From an uncultured delta proteobacterium (GTDB lineage Bacteria; Myxococcota_A; Polyangia; Fen-1088): 64,000 nucleotides of DNA. A program made the position numbers and the translations under genes. Below the pieces are notes generated by a model. That model made no database searches. It was not told the origin of the DNA and saw nothing but the letters and a program-made list of their open reading frames with translations. Each line of letters starts with the position of its first letter. Position 1 is the stretch's first letter. The stretch is from positions 283,001 through 347,000 of the forward strand of contig CAVWIP010000001.1 in NCBI GenBank assembly GCA_963755125.1, read 5' to 3'. This document shows, piece by piece, positions 27,868 to 39,200 of this stretch.

Positions 27868-27934
27868 GTTATGCAGGAACCTCACGTACCGGCCGCGTAG
27901 TCGGCGGCTATTGGCCTTCGAAGAGGGGAAACTC

Positions 27935-28696
27935 ATGCTCCGAATCTTCATGGTATCGGTTTTCACGATGGCTTCCCTGGCGTCAGTCGCGGCCCTGGCT
28001 CAGGGCCAGGCTCTCCCACCGGAGAAGGTCAACCTGCCGCCCTCGCCCAATTTCAACGTGTCGAGCGCGCCTGTCCAGTATCCGACTGGCGAGTTGTCAG
28101 TGTTTGGTCTGCGCAAGCAAAAAGACAAGTACATGGACAAGGATGTGCGGGTCAAAGCTTATCTGACCGAGATCTACGAATGCCCGGCCGAGTTGCGCAA
28201 GTGCAACGATGCGCTCTTCGAGAAACAGAAGGCGGAGAAGAAGAAGGCCATGAAGAAGGGCGGCGACGCCCTGACCGCGCCGATCGCGGTCGATCGGTCG
28301 GGTTGCCGGCCCTGCGACCAGCCGCACTTCTTCGTCGCGGATAGCCCGGGCACCAAGCGGGAGCGCGCGCTGCTGGTGGCCGACTATCCCATCAAGGACT
28401 GGGAAACCGGCGACCTCAAGCCGCTCACCGTCAAGCCGGGCGAGCAGGTCATCGTGACCGGCACTTTCGCCATCAACTCGATTACCGGATTTGCCGCCTC
28501 CAACGGGCTCATCATCCACAAGAAGCTGGAGGATCTGAAGGGCAACATGCTGGCCGAGGGCAACGCCGTCCTGCCCCCCGAGGCGCAGACCATCCAGCTC
28601 GAAGGCCAGGCACCGCAGGTGGTGGGCTGGGCCGCGCACCAGAAGGGCGACAAGCCCAAGGGCGACAAGTCGGTTCCCGGCGGAAAGAGCAAGTAG
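27935..28696 (+). CDS. Secreted hypothetical protein, possibly OB-fold, Cys-containing
   Basis: GAGGGG RBS, signal peptide ending ALA-Q, KDVRVKAYL..IYECP, CRPCDQPHFFVAD, QVIVTGTF. Strongly biased codon usage. Confidence 0.75.
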   Translation: MLRIFMVSVFTMASLASVAALAQGQALPPEKVNLPPSPNFNVSSAPVQYPTGELSVFGLRKQKDKYMDKDVRVKAYLTEIYECPAELRKCNDALFEKQKAEKKKAMKKGGDALTAPIAVDRSGCRPCDQPHFFVADSPGTKRERALLVADYPIKDWETGDLKPLTVKPGEQVIVTGTFAINSITGFAASNGLIIHKKLEDLKGNMLAEGNAVLPPEAQTIQLEGQAPQVVGWAAHQKGDKPKGDKSVPGGKSK

Positions 28697-28702
28697 AACC
28701 TG

Positions 28703-31591
28703 TCAGTGTGTTGCTCCCCAGTTCGCGCCAGCGTGAACGTCGACCACCAGGGGGACGCGCAGGGCGTAGGCTGACTCCATCACGTCCTTGACCCAGGCAG
28801 AGAAGGCCGCCACTTCGTCGGTCTTGACCTCGAAGACCAGTTCATCGTGGACGGTGAGTAGAAGGCGTGCGTCGGGAAAGCGCAGCATCTCGCGATCGAC
28901 GCGAATCATGGCCAGCTTGAGCAGATCGGCGGCCGAGCCCTGGATGGGCGTATTGCGGGCCATGCGCTCGGCGTAGTTGCGTTCCTGGGGTCGGCTGGAC
29001 TTGATCTGTGGCAGCGAGCGCGTGCGGCCGAGCAGCGTGGATACCGCGCCCGTTCGGCGTGCCTCGACGATGACCTCGTCCATGTACTGGCGCACGCGCG
29101 CATAGCGCTGGAAGTAGCGCTCGATGTAGGAGTGGGCGTCGGCGCGCGCAATGTGCAGCGCCTGGGCCAGCCCGAAATCGGTCTGCCCGAAAACCAGACC
29201 AAAGTTGATGGCCTTGGCGATGCGGCGTTGCTCGCTGGTCACCGCATCCAGCGCCACATTGAAAACCTCGGCGGCGGTTCGGCGGTGGATGTCCTGGCCG
29301 GCGGCAAAGGCGTCGAGAAAAGCTGGATCCTGGGAGAAGTGCGCCAGCACGCGCAGCTCGATCTGTGAATAATCGGCCGATACGATCTGAAAGCCGGGAT
29401 CAGCCACGAAGGCGTTGCGGATACGGTGGCCCAGTTCGCTGCGAATGGGAATGTTCTGCAGATTGGGATCGCTGGAAGATAGGCGGCCAGTGGCTGCTAC
29501 CGCCTGGTTGAAGGTGGTGTACAGCCGACCGGTGCGCGGGTCGACCAGGGCCGGCAGGGCATCGATGTACGTGCCCTTGAGCTTGGTGAGGCCGCGGTAC
29601 TCGACCACCTTGGCCGGTATCGGGTGCAGTGTGGCCAGTTCTTCCAGCACGTCGGCGTCGGTTGACGGGCCGGTCTTGGTCTTGCGAATCACGGGCAGCC
29701 CTAGCTTGCCAAACAGGATCTCGGCCAGCTGTTTGGGCGAGCTGATGTTGAAGGGCGTGCCCACGGCTTGGTGGATCTCGTGTTCAAGGGCCTCGATAGC
29801 CTGACCAACCTCGTTGCCCAGTTGGCGGAGAAAGTCGCAGTCGACTCGGATGCCCCAGCACTCGATGCGCGCCAGCACTGGAACCAGCGGAAGTTCGACC
29901 TCACGGTATATCTTGGTCAGGCCCAGCGGTTCCATGGACTGCTCCTGCCGATGGGCCAGGACCAGCGCAGCCCAGGCTTCACTGCACAGGGGTGAGCTGG
30001 CCTCCTCGACAGAAATCTCGCCGGCTGGCCGTGCATTGCGACCGCTGCCCAGCCAGGCCGGCCGCGGGGGCACCTCCCCTGCCTCGTCCGCGGCGGCGAG
30101 ATCAGCCAAGTCATAGGGCGCGCGCCCAGCGTCCAGCAGATACGCAGCAAGCATGGCGTCTCCGGCGAGACCGCCCATGGTGACGCCGCGCACTCGCAGG
30201 AGGATGTCGAGAACCTTGGCGTCGTGCACGTATTTGCGAATCTCCGGCGACGCCAGGAGCGGGCCGAGCGTCGCGAGAACCTGTGCGGCGGGCAGCATGG
30301 CCGGAGCGCCGAGCACGCGATGGCCAACCGGCAGATAGAAGCGCTCACCGCCTGGCAAAGCAAATGCCAGTCCCACCAAAGCTGCGCGCGGGCAGGGCGT
30401 CCCCTCGGCAAGCACGGCCACGCCACAGGCTTGCGCGGCACGAAGAGCCATGGAAAGTCGATCGAGGCCGACGCGATCGACGACGATCTCCGGGGGCAGC
30501 GGGAGCGCGGTGATCTCGGGCGCAGCGGCGAAGCCGGTAGCTGGCGAGGGCGCGCGCGAAGCGCGCGGGGTGGGCAGGGTGGCGGGCTGTCCCGAAGTCC
30601 CCGCAGGGGGCGAGGGTGCGCGCGGGGTGGGCAGGGCGGCGGGCTGTCCCGAAGTCCCCACAGGGGAAACCGGCGTCCGGCGGCCGGCTCGGGTTTCAGC
30701 CCCGGATCCGGCAGCCAGCTTTGGTGCGTGCGCTGCCGCCCGTGCGCCGTCCATCTGGGCGAGCAGTTTGGTGAACTCCAAATCCGCGAATAGTTCGGCT
30801 AGACGGGCACGGTCGGGCTCGGCGCGCTGAAGATCCTGCACATCCCGTCCCAGCGTCACGTCCTCGCGCAGGCGGACCAGCCTGCGCGAAATCTCGATGG
30901 CGTCGCGGCTCGATGCGATGGCCTGACCCTTCTTACCCTTGATCTCAGTCCCATGTTTGAGCACGCCGTCGAGCGAGCCGTACTGACTGATGAGGTCAGC
31001 GGCAGTCTTGGGTCCGATGCCGGCGACGCCAGGCACGTTGTCGACGCTGTCGCCCATCAGGGCGAGCAGGTCACCGAGCCGATCGGGCGGGACACCGAAC
31101 TTCTCCTGCACCTCGGCCGGTCCCAGAAGCCTGTTTTTCATCGTGTCGAGCAGTTGGATCCGGTCGGAACAGAGCTGCATGAGATCCTTGTCCGACGAGC
31201 AGATCACGACCCGCAATCCCACCCCCACCGCCTGTCGCGCCAGGCTGGCGATTGTGTCGTCGGCTTCGACTCCTGGCTGCGACAGCACCGGCAGCCCGAA
31301 TGCCTCCACGACCTGGTGGGAAAGGTCGATCTGTGCAACCAGGTCCGGCGGCATGGGCGGACGGTTGGCCTTGTAGGCAGCGAAGATCTTGTCACGGAAG
31401 GTTGGCCCTGGCGCATCGTAGATCACGCACAGGTGGGTAGGCCGCCACTCGCGCTCGATACGCAGCAGCATCTGGCACAGACCGTACACCGCGCCGGTGG
31501 GAACGCCCCGGCTGTTGGAGAGCGGCGGCAAGGCGTGAAAGGCGCGAAACAGGTAGTTGAGCGCATCTACGATGTAGAGCGTGCCATCCAT
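28703..31591 (-). CDS. polA: DNA polymerase I
   Basis: LFRAFHA, EADD, DKDL, GDSVDNVPGVAGIGPKTA, TGRLSSSDPNLQNIP, ADYSQIELR, AKAINFG, VHDELVFE. Confidence 0.98.
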   Translation of the reverse strand: MDGTLYIVDALNYLFRAFHALPPLSNSRGVPTGAVYGLCQMLLRIEREWRPTHLCVIYDAPGPTFRDKIFAAYKANRPPMPPDLVAQIDLSHQVVEAFGLPVLSQPGVEADDTIASLARQAVGVGLRVVICSSDKDLMQLCSDRIQLLDTMKNRLLGPAEVQEKFGVPPDRLGDLLALMGDSVDNVPGVAGIGPKTAADLISQYGSLDGVLKHGTEIKGKKGQAIASSRDAIEISRRLVRLREDVTLGRDVQDLQRAEPDRARLAELFADLEFTKLLAQMDGARAAAHAPKLAAGSGAETRAGRRTPVSPVGTSGQPAALPTPRAPSPPAGTSGQPATLPTPRASRAPSPATGFAAAPEITALPLPPEIVVDRVGLDRLSMALRAAQACGVAVLAEGTPCPRAALVGLAFALPGGERFYLPVGHRVLGAPAMLPAAQVLATLGPLLASPEIRKYVHDAKVLDILLRVRGVTMGGLAGDAMLAAYLLDAGRAPYDLADLAAADEAGEVPPRPAWLGSGRNARPAGEISVEEASSPLCSEAWAALVLAHRQEQSMEPLGLTKIYREVELPLVPVLARIECWGIRVDCDFLRQLGNEVGQAIEALEHEIHQAVGTPFNISSPKQLAEILFGKLGLPVIRKTKTGPSTDADVLEELATLHPIPAKVVEYRGLTKLKGTYIDALPALVDPRTGRLYTTFNQAVAATGRLSSSDPNLQNIPIRSELGHRIRNAFVADPGFQIVSADYSQIELRVLAHFSQDPAFLDAFAAGQDIHRRTAAEVFNVALDAVTSEQRRIAKAINFGLVFGQTDFGLAQALHIARADAHSYIERYFQRYARVRQYMDEVIVEARRTGAVSTLLGRTRSLPQIKSSRPQERNYAERMARNTPIQGSAADLLKLAMIRVDREMLRFPDARLLLTVHDELVFEVKTDEVAAFSAWVKDVMESAYALRVPLVVDVHAGANWGATH
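30561..30666. repeat. 57-bp-period tandem duplication in the polA interdomain linker
   Basis: gcgcgcggggtgggcaggg(t/c)ggcgggctgtcccgaagtcccc(g/a)cagggg starts at 30561 and at 30618; it encodes GTSGQPA(A/T)LPTPRA twice. Confidence 0.92.
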
Positions 31592-31668
31592 GGTGTGCAG
31601 GAAACTACCACTCGCCCGGCTGCAATTCCGCTTCACGGTTGGTTTTTCGGGTTAGTCTGAGGGGGCAC

Positions 31669-34600
31669 GTGGCGTCCCCCGTCCGACGACGAATTCTCAA
31701 GTGGAGCGGCATCGTGCTGGCCAGCCTGCTGGGCCTGGTCAGCCTGGCCGTGGCCGGTGCGGTGTTCTTTCTGCAGGGCGAGCGCATGGGCTCCTTCGTT
31801 GCCATGGTCTTGCCCGAGATGCGCGGCAAGCTGGAGTTCCGATCCATTCGCTGGCCCGCGCGCCTGCTGGTCGATGTCCTGGCCAAACGCCCTACCCCAT
31901 TTTCTGTCGATGGCGTGAAGTTCTTCGACCCCGAGGGCACGGTGGTGGTGGACGTGCCCCACCTGGACGTCAAGATCGATCTCCACCAACTCATCAACGG
32001 CGCCGGTCTCTTCATGCACGACCTGGAGGTGGGACCGAATTCGTACTGGCGCTTCGGTCGCATGAAGAAGACCAAGAAGGGCATCGGCTTTCTGGCCACT
32101 TTCGATCCCAAGCATCCCTCGCCGCCTGCACCGCCTCCGCCGCCGGGCACCAAGCCGGAAAAGGGCTTCGCAGTTCGCATCTTCAACGCCCAGCTCAACG
32201 GATTGCGGGTGGTGTTCGATTTCCCGCATGTCTGGGGTTTCGACCTGCGCGACCTGCACGCGCCCGCGTGGCTGCAGGTCGAGGACGGTTTCTGTGGCTG
32301 GGAAGCCGTGGGACTGGAGGCGCGCGGGGGCGGATACCTGACCGTGCTCGACCAAGTGCTGCCATTTGACAGTGTGAAGGTGAAGCAGGTCGCCACCTTG
32401 CGCGAGTACTCCGACGACATCTTCCTCGACCTGACCGCGGGCAAAACCGGGCGTTCAACTCTGGTCGGCAAGGGCTTCTTCAACGGCATCTATGGCGAAA
32501 ACTCCGTGTCCGCGATCCACATGCACACCGAGTTCCACGACGCCACCGATGCTTTGAACGCCGTGCTGAAGCCGATGAACATTCCCGCACTCCATGTCGG
32601 CGGCGCCGACGCACGCGTGACGGCCGACCTGATGGGGCCCTATGTGAGCATCGCCATCAACACCGACATCTCCGGCCTGGATGCCGCCTACGAGCAGTAC
32701 GCCGTGCAAAACCTCGTGCTCCGCGCGGGCATGCAGTTCGATCCCAACTCCAAAGCATCGGCGCCCAACACCAGGTTGGAAGAGCTGTCGTTCTCGTCGC
32801 CGGGCGGGGGACGGTTCTTGACCAAGGCGGAACTGATGGTCCCAAAGTTGAAGACACAGCTTCGCTTCGACCATTTCACGGTGGACAGCTATCTGCCGGC
32901 AGGGCTGCGCAAGCTAGCAGGAGGCAAACTGCACGGCCGGCTGTCAGCGACGGCGGAATTCGACGAGACCATGTCTGCGGTCAAGCGAGGAACGTTGACA
33001 AGCCTGGATCTTTCCTTCCAGCGGACGGGCGAGAAGATGTCCCTGCCTCGCTCGTTGCGCTTGAGCGGCCAGGCCACCGCTTCGCCCGCAGAGGTCAGCA
33101 CATCGGGCCTTCACATCGAGGTGCCCGGCGCCGGCATCGAGGTGAAGGGCAAGGCCGAGTTGGTCAAGCGCCTGCTGGCCCTGGGGTTGCGCGTGGGCAG
33201 CACGAACCTGCCACGCCTGCTCGCCTCGCTGGGCGTGCAGCCCTTGGCGCAGCAGGTGTCGATGGCGGTGGACCTGACCGGTACCATGGAGCAGCCGCGC
33301 GCCAGCGGCCAGATCGAGGTCAAGGGTATTGGCGGCATGGATGGCATTCCCTCGGTGCCGTCGTTCGAAACCAAATTCCATCTGCAGGACGGTGCGCTGC
33401 ACGTTGATTCTCTGGCCGCCGAGGTTGCCGGCGGCACGCTGGCCGGCAACGGAACTCTCAAGCTGTTCGAGCGGACCGTACACCACATGCTGCGGTCGCC
33501 GAGCCTGGAATTCCGCCTGGAAGGCAAACAGATTGCTCTCGAGTCGCTTATCACGGGCGGTCTGGTGACCGGCAAGATGGCCTTCGAGGTCACGGCCAGC
33601 GGCCCGCTCCGCCGGCCGAAGATTCGTTTCAAGATGCCGGCCGGGGTGACCGCGCATGTGCTGGGACAGAGCTGGCAGATTGGTGGCATCGATCTCGAGG
33701 TTGACCAGGAGGGCATGGCGCTGCGTCTGCTGCAGGCGAGCAACAAGACGGGCGGCGAGATCCAGATCGAGGGCCACATGCGCTTCGTCCCCAAGGCCAT
33801 GCCCATCGAGTGGCACCTCAAGATCGCGGACCTGCCGGTCGCCGCGGTGCTGGCGGCGGCACAGGTTGACGTGCCGGCAGCCGGACGCCTGTCCGTCGAT
33901 CTGCGTTTGTCAGGCAGCACCAAGATCCCGCTTGTCGAGGGCACCATCGCGCTAGACGGAGTGACGGTCATGGGTGTGGCATTGGGCGATGCGACCCTGA
34001 CCCTGAGTGCGGTGGACTCCGGCGTTGCGGTCAACGGCACGCTCTTCAATCGTTTCACCGTCGACGCCACCGCCCAGTTTGGTCCCGCCGGCCTGCGCGC
34101 CAAGGGAAGCCTGGCCTTCACCCATCTGGTTCTGGAGGATTTAGCCCGGCAGCTCAGGGGCAACCGAGAAATCGAGGAACTGGTCGAGCAACTGAAGGCT
34201 CTCGATGCCCGCGCTGTCCTATCGGGACATGTCGGGGTCGAGCTGGATCCGGGAAAACCATTGGCCGTCGAGGCCGTGCTGACCGAACTGGCGGCATCCA
34301 TCAGACAGGAAATCAGCGAGGCCGGCGGTCAGGTCTCGACCCATCGGATGGGTTTTCACAACGACGGCGATCTGCGGGTGCTGCTGGCGGGCGACCACAT
34401 CGTCCTTCGCCAGGCGCGCTTCCTGACTGACGCCGGGCGCTTCAACGTAGAGGGCGAGATGGACGGCGACTCTCTGCGCGCGGCGTTCCTGGGCCGGCTA
34501 GAATTGGAATTTCTGCAGCCACTCTTGCGCAAGAGAATCGAGAAGCTTGCAGGCGCTGTCAGTCTGGAGGTGAAGGTGTCCGGGACCATGAAGGAGCCCC

Positions 34601-36240
34601 TCCTGGACGGCACCCTCGCCATCGCTCGCCCGGTCAAGCTGGTGCCTGCCGGCTTCGGTCCTGCCATCGCTGTGCCGTCGGGCGCGGTCCATCTGCAATC
34701 GGATGTGGTGGAACTCAAGGATCTGGCGGTATCAGTTGCCGGGGCGACGTTACGTTTGAGCGGCCGCGCCAGCCTGGGCGCCAACTTCGTGCCCAGAAGT
34801 TTGGCCTTGCAAGCCAACGGAGAGGTGAGCGCCTCGTTGCTGGAGTCGCTGGTGCCCGACGCCGTATCGGACGTCTCCGGCAGCGCGCGCATCGACGCCA
34901 AGGTTTCGGGGACGCTGGACCAGCCCAATGTTTCGGCGCGCATCGATCTGGGTGAGATCCAGATGCGCTTACGCGGCATCAGCGGCAAGGTGGCCGTCGA
35001 GAGCGGCACCATCGAGCTGTCGAGCCACGAACTGCTCCTGCGCGAGGTCAAAATACGCGTTAACGACGACGGGCGCTTGCTGATCGGCGCCGCCGGGGCG
35101 CGCCCCGGCCGCATGCACATCGTGAGCCTGCGCCCCAAGTTGGTGCTTGGCAAAGTAGACCTGCCACTAGAGGGCGAACGCCTGGTCTACCGGTCGCCGA
35201 GCCTCGAGATTGACGATCTTTCCTTCACGCTGGAGCTGCTCGGCGACTTGCACAACTCGCTCAGCCTGGGCGGCAACGTGCGTCTGGTCTCTGGGAGATA
35301 CATCCAAGATTTCAATGTGCGCAACTTGATGCTCACCCCGCGTATCAACGAGTCCGAATCGCGTCCTTTCTGGGAGGGTGTGCCTCTGCTCGAAAACCTG
35401 GGTCTCAATTTGCGCGTGCGCACTCTGGGCGACGGTTTCATGGTGCAGAACAACCTGGCGACGGAAATCTACCTGCAAGTCGATTTGCTCGTGGGCGGAA
35501 CCCTCTCGTCACCCACCCTGGCCGGGGACGTGCGGCCCACCGATGGGCGGTTTCACATTCTGGGGCTACGCGGCGATTTTGACATCACGCCCAACGTAAA
35601 CCACATCACCTTCGTTCCAACCAAATCGCTGGCCGCGGGCGATACCCCCGAGCTCAACATCGACGCCACAAATCTCTATCCCGACGCTTCTGAGAACGAG
35701 CACACGGTTCAGATACGCATCACCGGCCCCATCAACCAGGCAGCCATCGACCTGTCGACTACCGACGGACTCGACCGCAACCAGACCCTGATGCTGCTGC
35801 TCTCTGGACGAACCACCGAGGACATTGGCACGGGAGCACGCACCATCGGCATCAACGCCCAGAGCGGAATCGACATGATGGGCCAGGCTTCGCGCGATGC
35901 CGTGTCGAACCTGGTCGAGCCCTACATCGACGATACCCTGCAATCTCTCACCGGCCACAAGTTGAATCTGCGTCCTACCGTGGGAGCGGACGGCTTCGAA
36001 GTGAAGGTGTTGGCGCGTGCGAGTCGCGAATTCACCCTGGAGCTGTCCTATCTGCGTGGTTTTCAGACCCAGGTGCGCTACCGGGCCCAAGCCAACGCTT
36101 GGTTGCGGGACTACCTCACGGCCCGCCTGATTGGCGAGCAGCTCAACTACTCGCCCCAGCAGGGCATTAACGATTCAGTGGGAAGTCTGAAGTTGGAGAT
36201 GACCATCGACTACCCAATCCGGTTCATGGGTCTGCCATGA
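31669..36240 (+). CDS. tamB: Translocation and assembly module TamB-like (AsmA-family) protein
   Basis: N-terminal TM anchor and ~1500 aa of beta-taco repeats (DLTGTMEQPRASGQI, SGTLDQPNVSARI). C-terminal DUF490-like region; directly upstream of an Omp85 gene. Confidence 0.85.
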   Translation: MASPVRRRILKWSGIVLASLLGLVSLAVAGAVFFLQGERMGSFVAMVLPEMRGKLEFRSIRWPARLLVDVLAKRPTPFSVDGVKFFDPEGTVVVDVPHLDVKIDLHQLINGAGLFMHDLEVGPNSYWRFGRMKKTKKGIGFLATFDPKHPSPPAPPPPPGTKPEKGFAVRIFNAQLNGLRVVFDFPHVWGFDLRDLHAPAWLQVEDGFCGWEAVGLEARGGGYLTVLDQVLPFDSVKVKQVATLREYSDDIFLDLTAGKTGRSTLVGKGFFNGIYGENSVSAIHMHTEFHDATDALNAVLKPMNIPALHVGGADARVTADLMGPYVSIAINTDISGLDAAYEQYAVQNLVLRAGMQFDPNSKASAPNTRLEELSFSSPGGGRFLTKAELMVPKLKTQLRFDHFTVDSYLPAGLRKLAGGKLHGRLSATAEFDETMSAVKRGTLTSLDLSFQRTGEKMSLPRSLRLSGQATASPAEVSTSGLHIEVPGAGIEVKGKAELVKRLLALGLRVGSTNLPRLLASLGVQPLAQQVSMAVDLTGTMEQPRASGQIEVKGIGGMDGIPSVPSFETKFHLQDGALHVDSLAAEVAGGTLAGNGTLKLFERTVHHMLRSPSLEFRLEGKQIALESLITGGLVTGKMAFEVTASGPLRRPKIRFKMPAGVTAHVLGQSWQIGGIDLEVDQEGMALRLLQASNKTGGEIQIEGHMRFVPKAMPIEWHLKIADLPVAAVLAAAQVDVPAAGRLSVDLRLSGSTKIPLVEGTIALDGVTVMGVALGDATLTLSAVDSGVAVNGTLFNRFTVDATAQFGPAGLRAKGSLAFTHLVLEDLARQLRGNREIEELVEQLKALDARAVLSGHVGVELDPGKPLAVEAVLTELAASIRQEISEAGGQVSTHRMGFHNDGDLRVLLAGDHIVLRQARFLTDAGRFNVEGEMDGDSLRAAFLGRLELEFLQPLLRKRIEKLAGAVSLEVKVSGTMKEPLLDGTLAIARPVKLVPAGFGPAIAVPSGAVHLQSDVVELKDLAVSVAGATLRLSGRASLGANFVPRSLALQANGEVSASLLESLVPDAVSDVSGSARIDAKVSGTLDQPNVSARIDLGEIQMRLRGISGKVAVESGTIELSSHELLLREVKIRVNDDGRLLIGAAGARPGRMHIVSLRPKLVLGKVDLPLEGERLVYRSPSLEIDDLSFTLELLGDLHNSLSLGGNVRLVSGRYIQDFNVRNLMLTPRINESESRPFWEGVPLLENLGLNLRVRTLGDGFMVQNNLATEIYLQVDLLVGGTLSSPTLAGDVRPTDGRFHILGLRGDFDITPNVNHITFVPTKSLAAGDTPELNIDATNLYPDASENEHTVQIRITGPINQAAIDLSTTDGLDRNQTLMLLLSGRTTEDIGTGARTIGINAQSGIDMMGQASRDAVSNLVEPYIDDTLQSLTGHKLNLRPTVGADGFEVKVLARASREFTLELSYLRGFQTQVRYRAQANAWLRDYLTARLIGEQLNYSPQQGINDSVGSLKLEMTIDYPIRFMGLP

Positions 36241-36271
36241 CCGGAATCCACCGAACCACTCTCTGACATCC

Positions 36272-39200
36272 GTGCTGAAACCATTGTTGCGACAGACTAC
36301 TCACGCCGCGCTCTTCGCGGTGCTGCTGGCCACCAGCCTTGCGACCGTGGCGCGTGCGCAGAACGCACCCTCTCCGCCGCCGGATGTCCGCGCCACGACC
36401 TCGGCGCCACCCATCGTGTCGGTCTCGATAGAGGGCTCGACCGACCCCGCCGGACGCATCGAAAGCCTGGTGGCCACCATCGCCCCTTTGGGTGCGCCCT
36501 TGGTCGAATCCGGCGACGCTGATCGAGTTGGGACGCCCATCGGGACGGTTCCCCGTCTCAAGAATCTGCTCAAAGCTATGGGCTATCAGGCTGAGATTGC
36601 CGTCCAGACGGACGCCGGCGGAGTGCGCCTGCAGATTCGTCTACGAGCCTTCGATCGCGTACGTCAGATCTTCGTTTCGGGCAACCAGCCCATCGTCCGT
36701 CCGGGCGTGCGCCAGGAAGAGATCCTCCGGCAGCTCAGCCTTCGCAACGGGCAAGCCCTGCCCCCGGCGGGGGAGCGGCGGGACACCTTTCTCGACGCGG
36801 AGGCTGTACGTGTGCGCGACTACCTGCACGCGCAGGGTTTTCAGGACGCAGAAGTACACATCGTTGAACACAGCACCAACAAGGTTCCGGCCCGGGTCAA
36901 CTTGGACGTACGCGTGAAGCTAGGGCCGGGCTATCCCTTGGGTAAGATAAGCGTGACCGGCAGCCGCGCCATTTCCGTCGGCGATATCGCGGACAGCTTT
37001 CGCCACGTGGATTTGCACTTTTGGCGCTGGCCGTGGCTGCGCCACGAACTATTTCGCCGCAACGTCTTGCGCATCGACGAGACGGCTCTCGCCCGGCGCT
37101 ACTCCAAGCTCGGCTATCCCGGGGCACGTATCACCGATGACTTTGACCCCAATTCCAGCGTGGATCACAGCGCGAAGGAGGTGCACCTGGGCATCCAGGT
37201 CAAAGAACGCCGACGCATAGAGCTGGCCTTCGAGGGCAATCACTCACGGTCCGCGGGCGCGCTGACGGGCGACGTCGCCGCCCTGTCGCACGGTGTGTAC
37301 GATGACGTCGACGCGGCCGAGGCCGCAGAATCGCTTGAAAAAGCCTATCGCGAGCGTGGCCACATGCTGGTCAAGGTCACCTGGCGGCGCGAGCGCATCG
37401 ACGAGGAGGCTGACCGTATCGTCTTCACCATCGATGAAGGGCCGGTTCTCAAAGTGCGCGGGGTGGAGTTCGCGGGCAACCACCAGGTGTCGTCTTCCAC
37501 CCTGGTGGAAGAGATTCGAACCAAGGAGTTCCCATTCCTGGGTGCGATCGGCCTGGGCGAAGGCGGCTTTGCGACGCCGCGCCAGATCGAACTCGACGTG
37601 CAGAGTCTGGTTGACTACTACGAGAGCATCGGTCGCCCGGGAAGCAAGGTGCGCGCCGAGATTGCGCCAGCACCCGACCAGTGGCGGCCGGCGCCGACCG
37701 GCCCCAAGGCCGTCATTCCGCGGGACGAGGAGCCACTGTGGCGACAGGCCAACGCGCTCTTCGTGCGTTTCCTCATTGAAGAAGCGCCCCTGGTGTGGGT
37801 AGCGGACATGCGTTTCGTATCCACCGACCCTGCCACGCCCCTGCCCCGCGACGACATCTTCCTGCGCAAGTCGCTGCGCACGGTGGCGGGAGCGCCCTAC
37901 CAGCAGAAGGTCGTGCGTCGCGATGAAGAACGACTCAAACGCCTGATGGGTGACGAAGGCTATCGCAACGCCAGCGTAGAAGCCCACATCGAGCGAGAAG
38001 GCGATCACGTCACAATCGTCTGGACCATCAAGCTGGGCTCGCAGGTGCATGTGGGCCCCCTGTTCCTGCGGGGCAATTTCCTGACCACGGAAGACACCAT
38101 CATGACCTGGGCCGAGATTCGTCCGGGATCGTTGCTGACCACGCGTGCCGTAGAACGGGCCCAGCGCAACCTGGCCATGATCCAGCTTTTCAACAATCCG
38201 AACCCAGTCAGCTTCCCCAGCGAAAGCCCAGAGCAGCCGGTGGTTCCCATGGTGATCGAAGTCGAGGAACGACACGATCATTTCGGCATCGTGACCGTCG
38301 GTGGGGGCATCTCCACCGACCAAAAATCACCCACCTCCAGCTTCCCCGTAGGCGGATACGCGGCGCTCGGCTACGAGCACCGCAACCTCTTCGGGCACGG
38401 CTGGACCTTCACTTCCCAGGGAGCCTATGGCCTCTCGCTGACCCGGGTCAGCGCAAGTTTCGTGGACCCGCGCTTCTTCGGTTCGCTCTTTCGCCTGGAG
38501 ATCGGCGCCAACTACTTGCGCCAGGCCACGGTGCGGCTGGGCGATCTGCGTTCGGGTGCGACCTTCATAGGATTTGCCCGCGAGATGTTCCCCGGCGTGG
38601 ATGCCAACGTCCGCTACAATTTTCGCGACACCTTCCACACAGAATTTCTCGCGCGGGGCGCGGGTGCCGACGAGGATGAAAGCACGGTCAGCATTGGCAC
38701 CATCGTGGGCAGCTTCAGCACGGGCATCGAGTGGCAGCGCCTCGACAATACCCTCGTGCCGACCCGTGGCTTCAAGGTCGGCGTGGGGGCAGAGCTGGCC
38801 CTGCCTCGCTTTTCGTTCGACCTGGGGTCCGACTCGTTCGTCAAGCTGAGCGGTCATTCGTTCGCGGTGGTGCCGCTGCTACCGTGGCTCAGCCTGCGCC
38901 ACAGCCTGCGCTACGATCAAGGGTTTCCGCTTGCGGGCGCATCGCTTCTGCCTAGGGTGGAACGCTTCTTCGCCGGCGGCGACACTACCGTGCGCGGATA
39001 CGATCTGGACCGCCTGCTGACCGAAACCGTGTACATACCGATTGCGCCAGGGGTATTCGCCGTCCAGTACCAGCCGGTGGGCGGCAATCTGCGGATCGTG
39101 CAGAACATCGACCTGCAGTTTCCCATCTTGCGTCCCTGGTACGGGTCGGTGTTCCTTGACAGCGGTGTGGTGGCGTTCTCGTTCGATGGGCTGTCAGCCT

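Noticed and set aside
9669..30640. KOPS-like GGGNAGGG polarity around dif
   Set aside because: Correctly oriented copies exist (9669-9681 on +; ~17495-17507 on -), but counter-oriented copies also occur (15574, 30572, 30629). I cannot establish a bias by eye.
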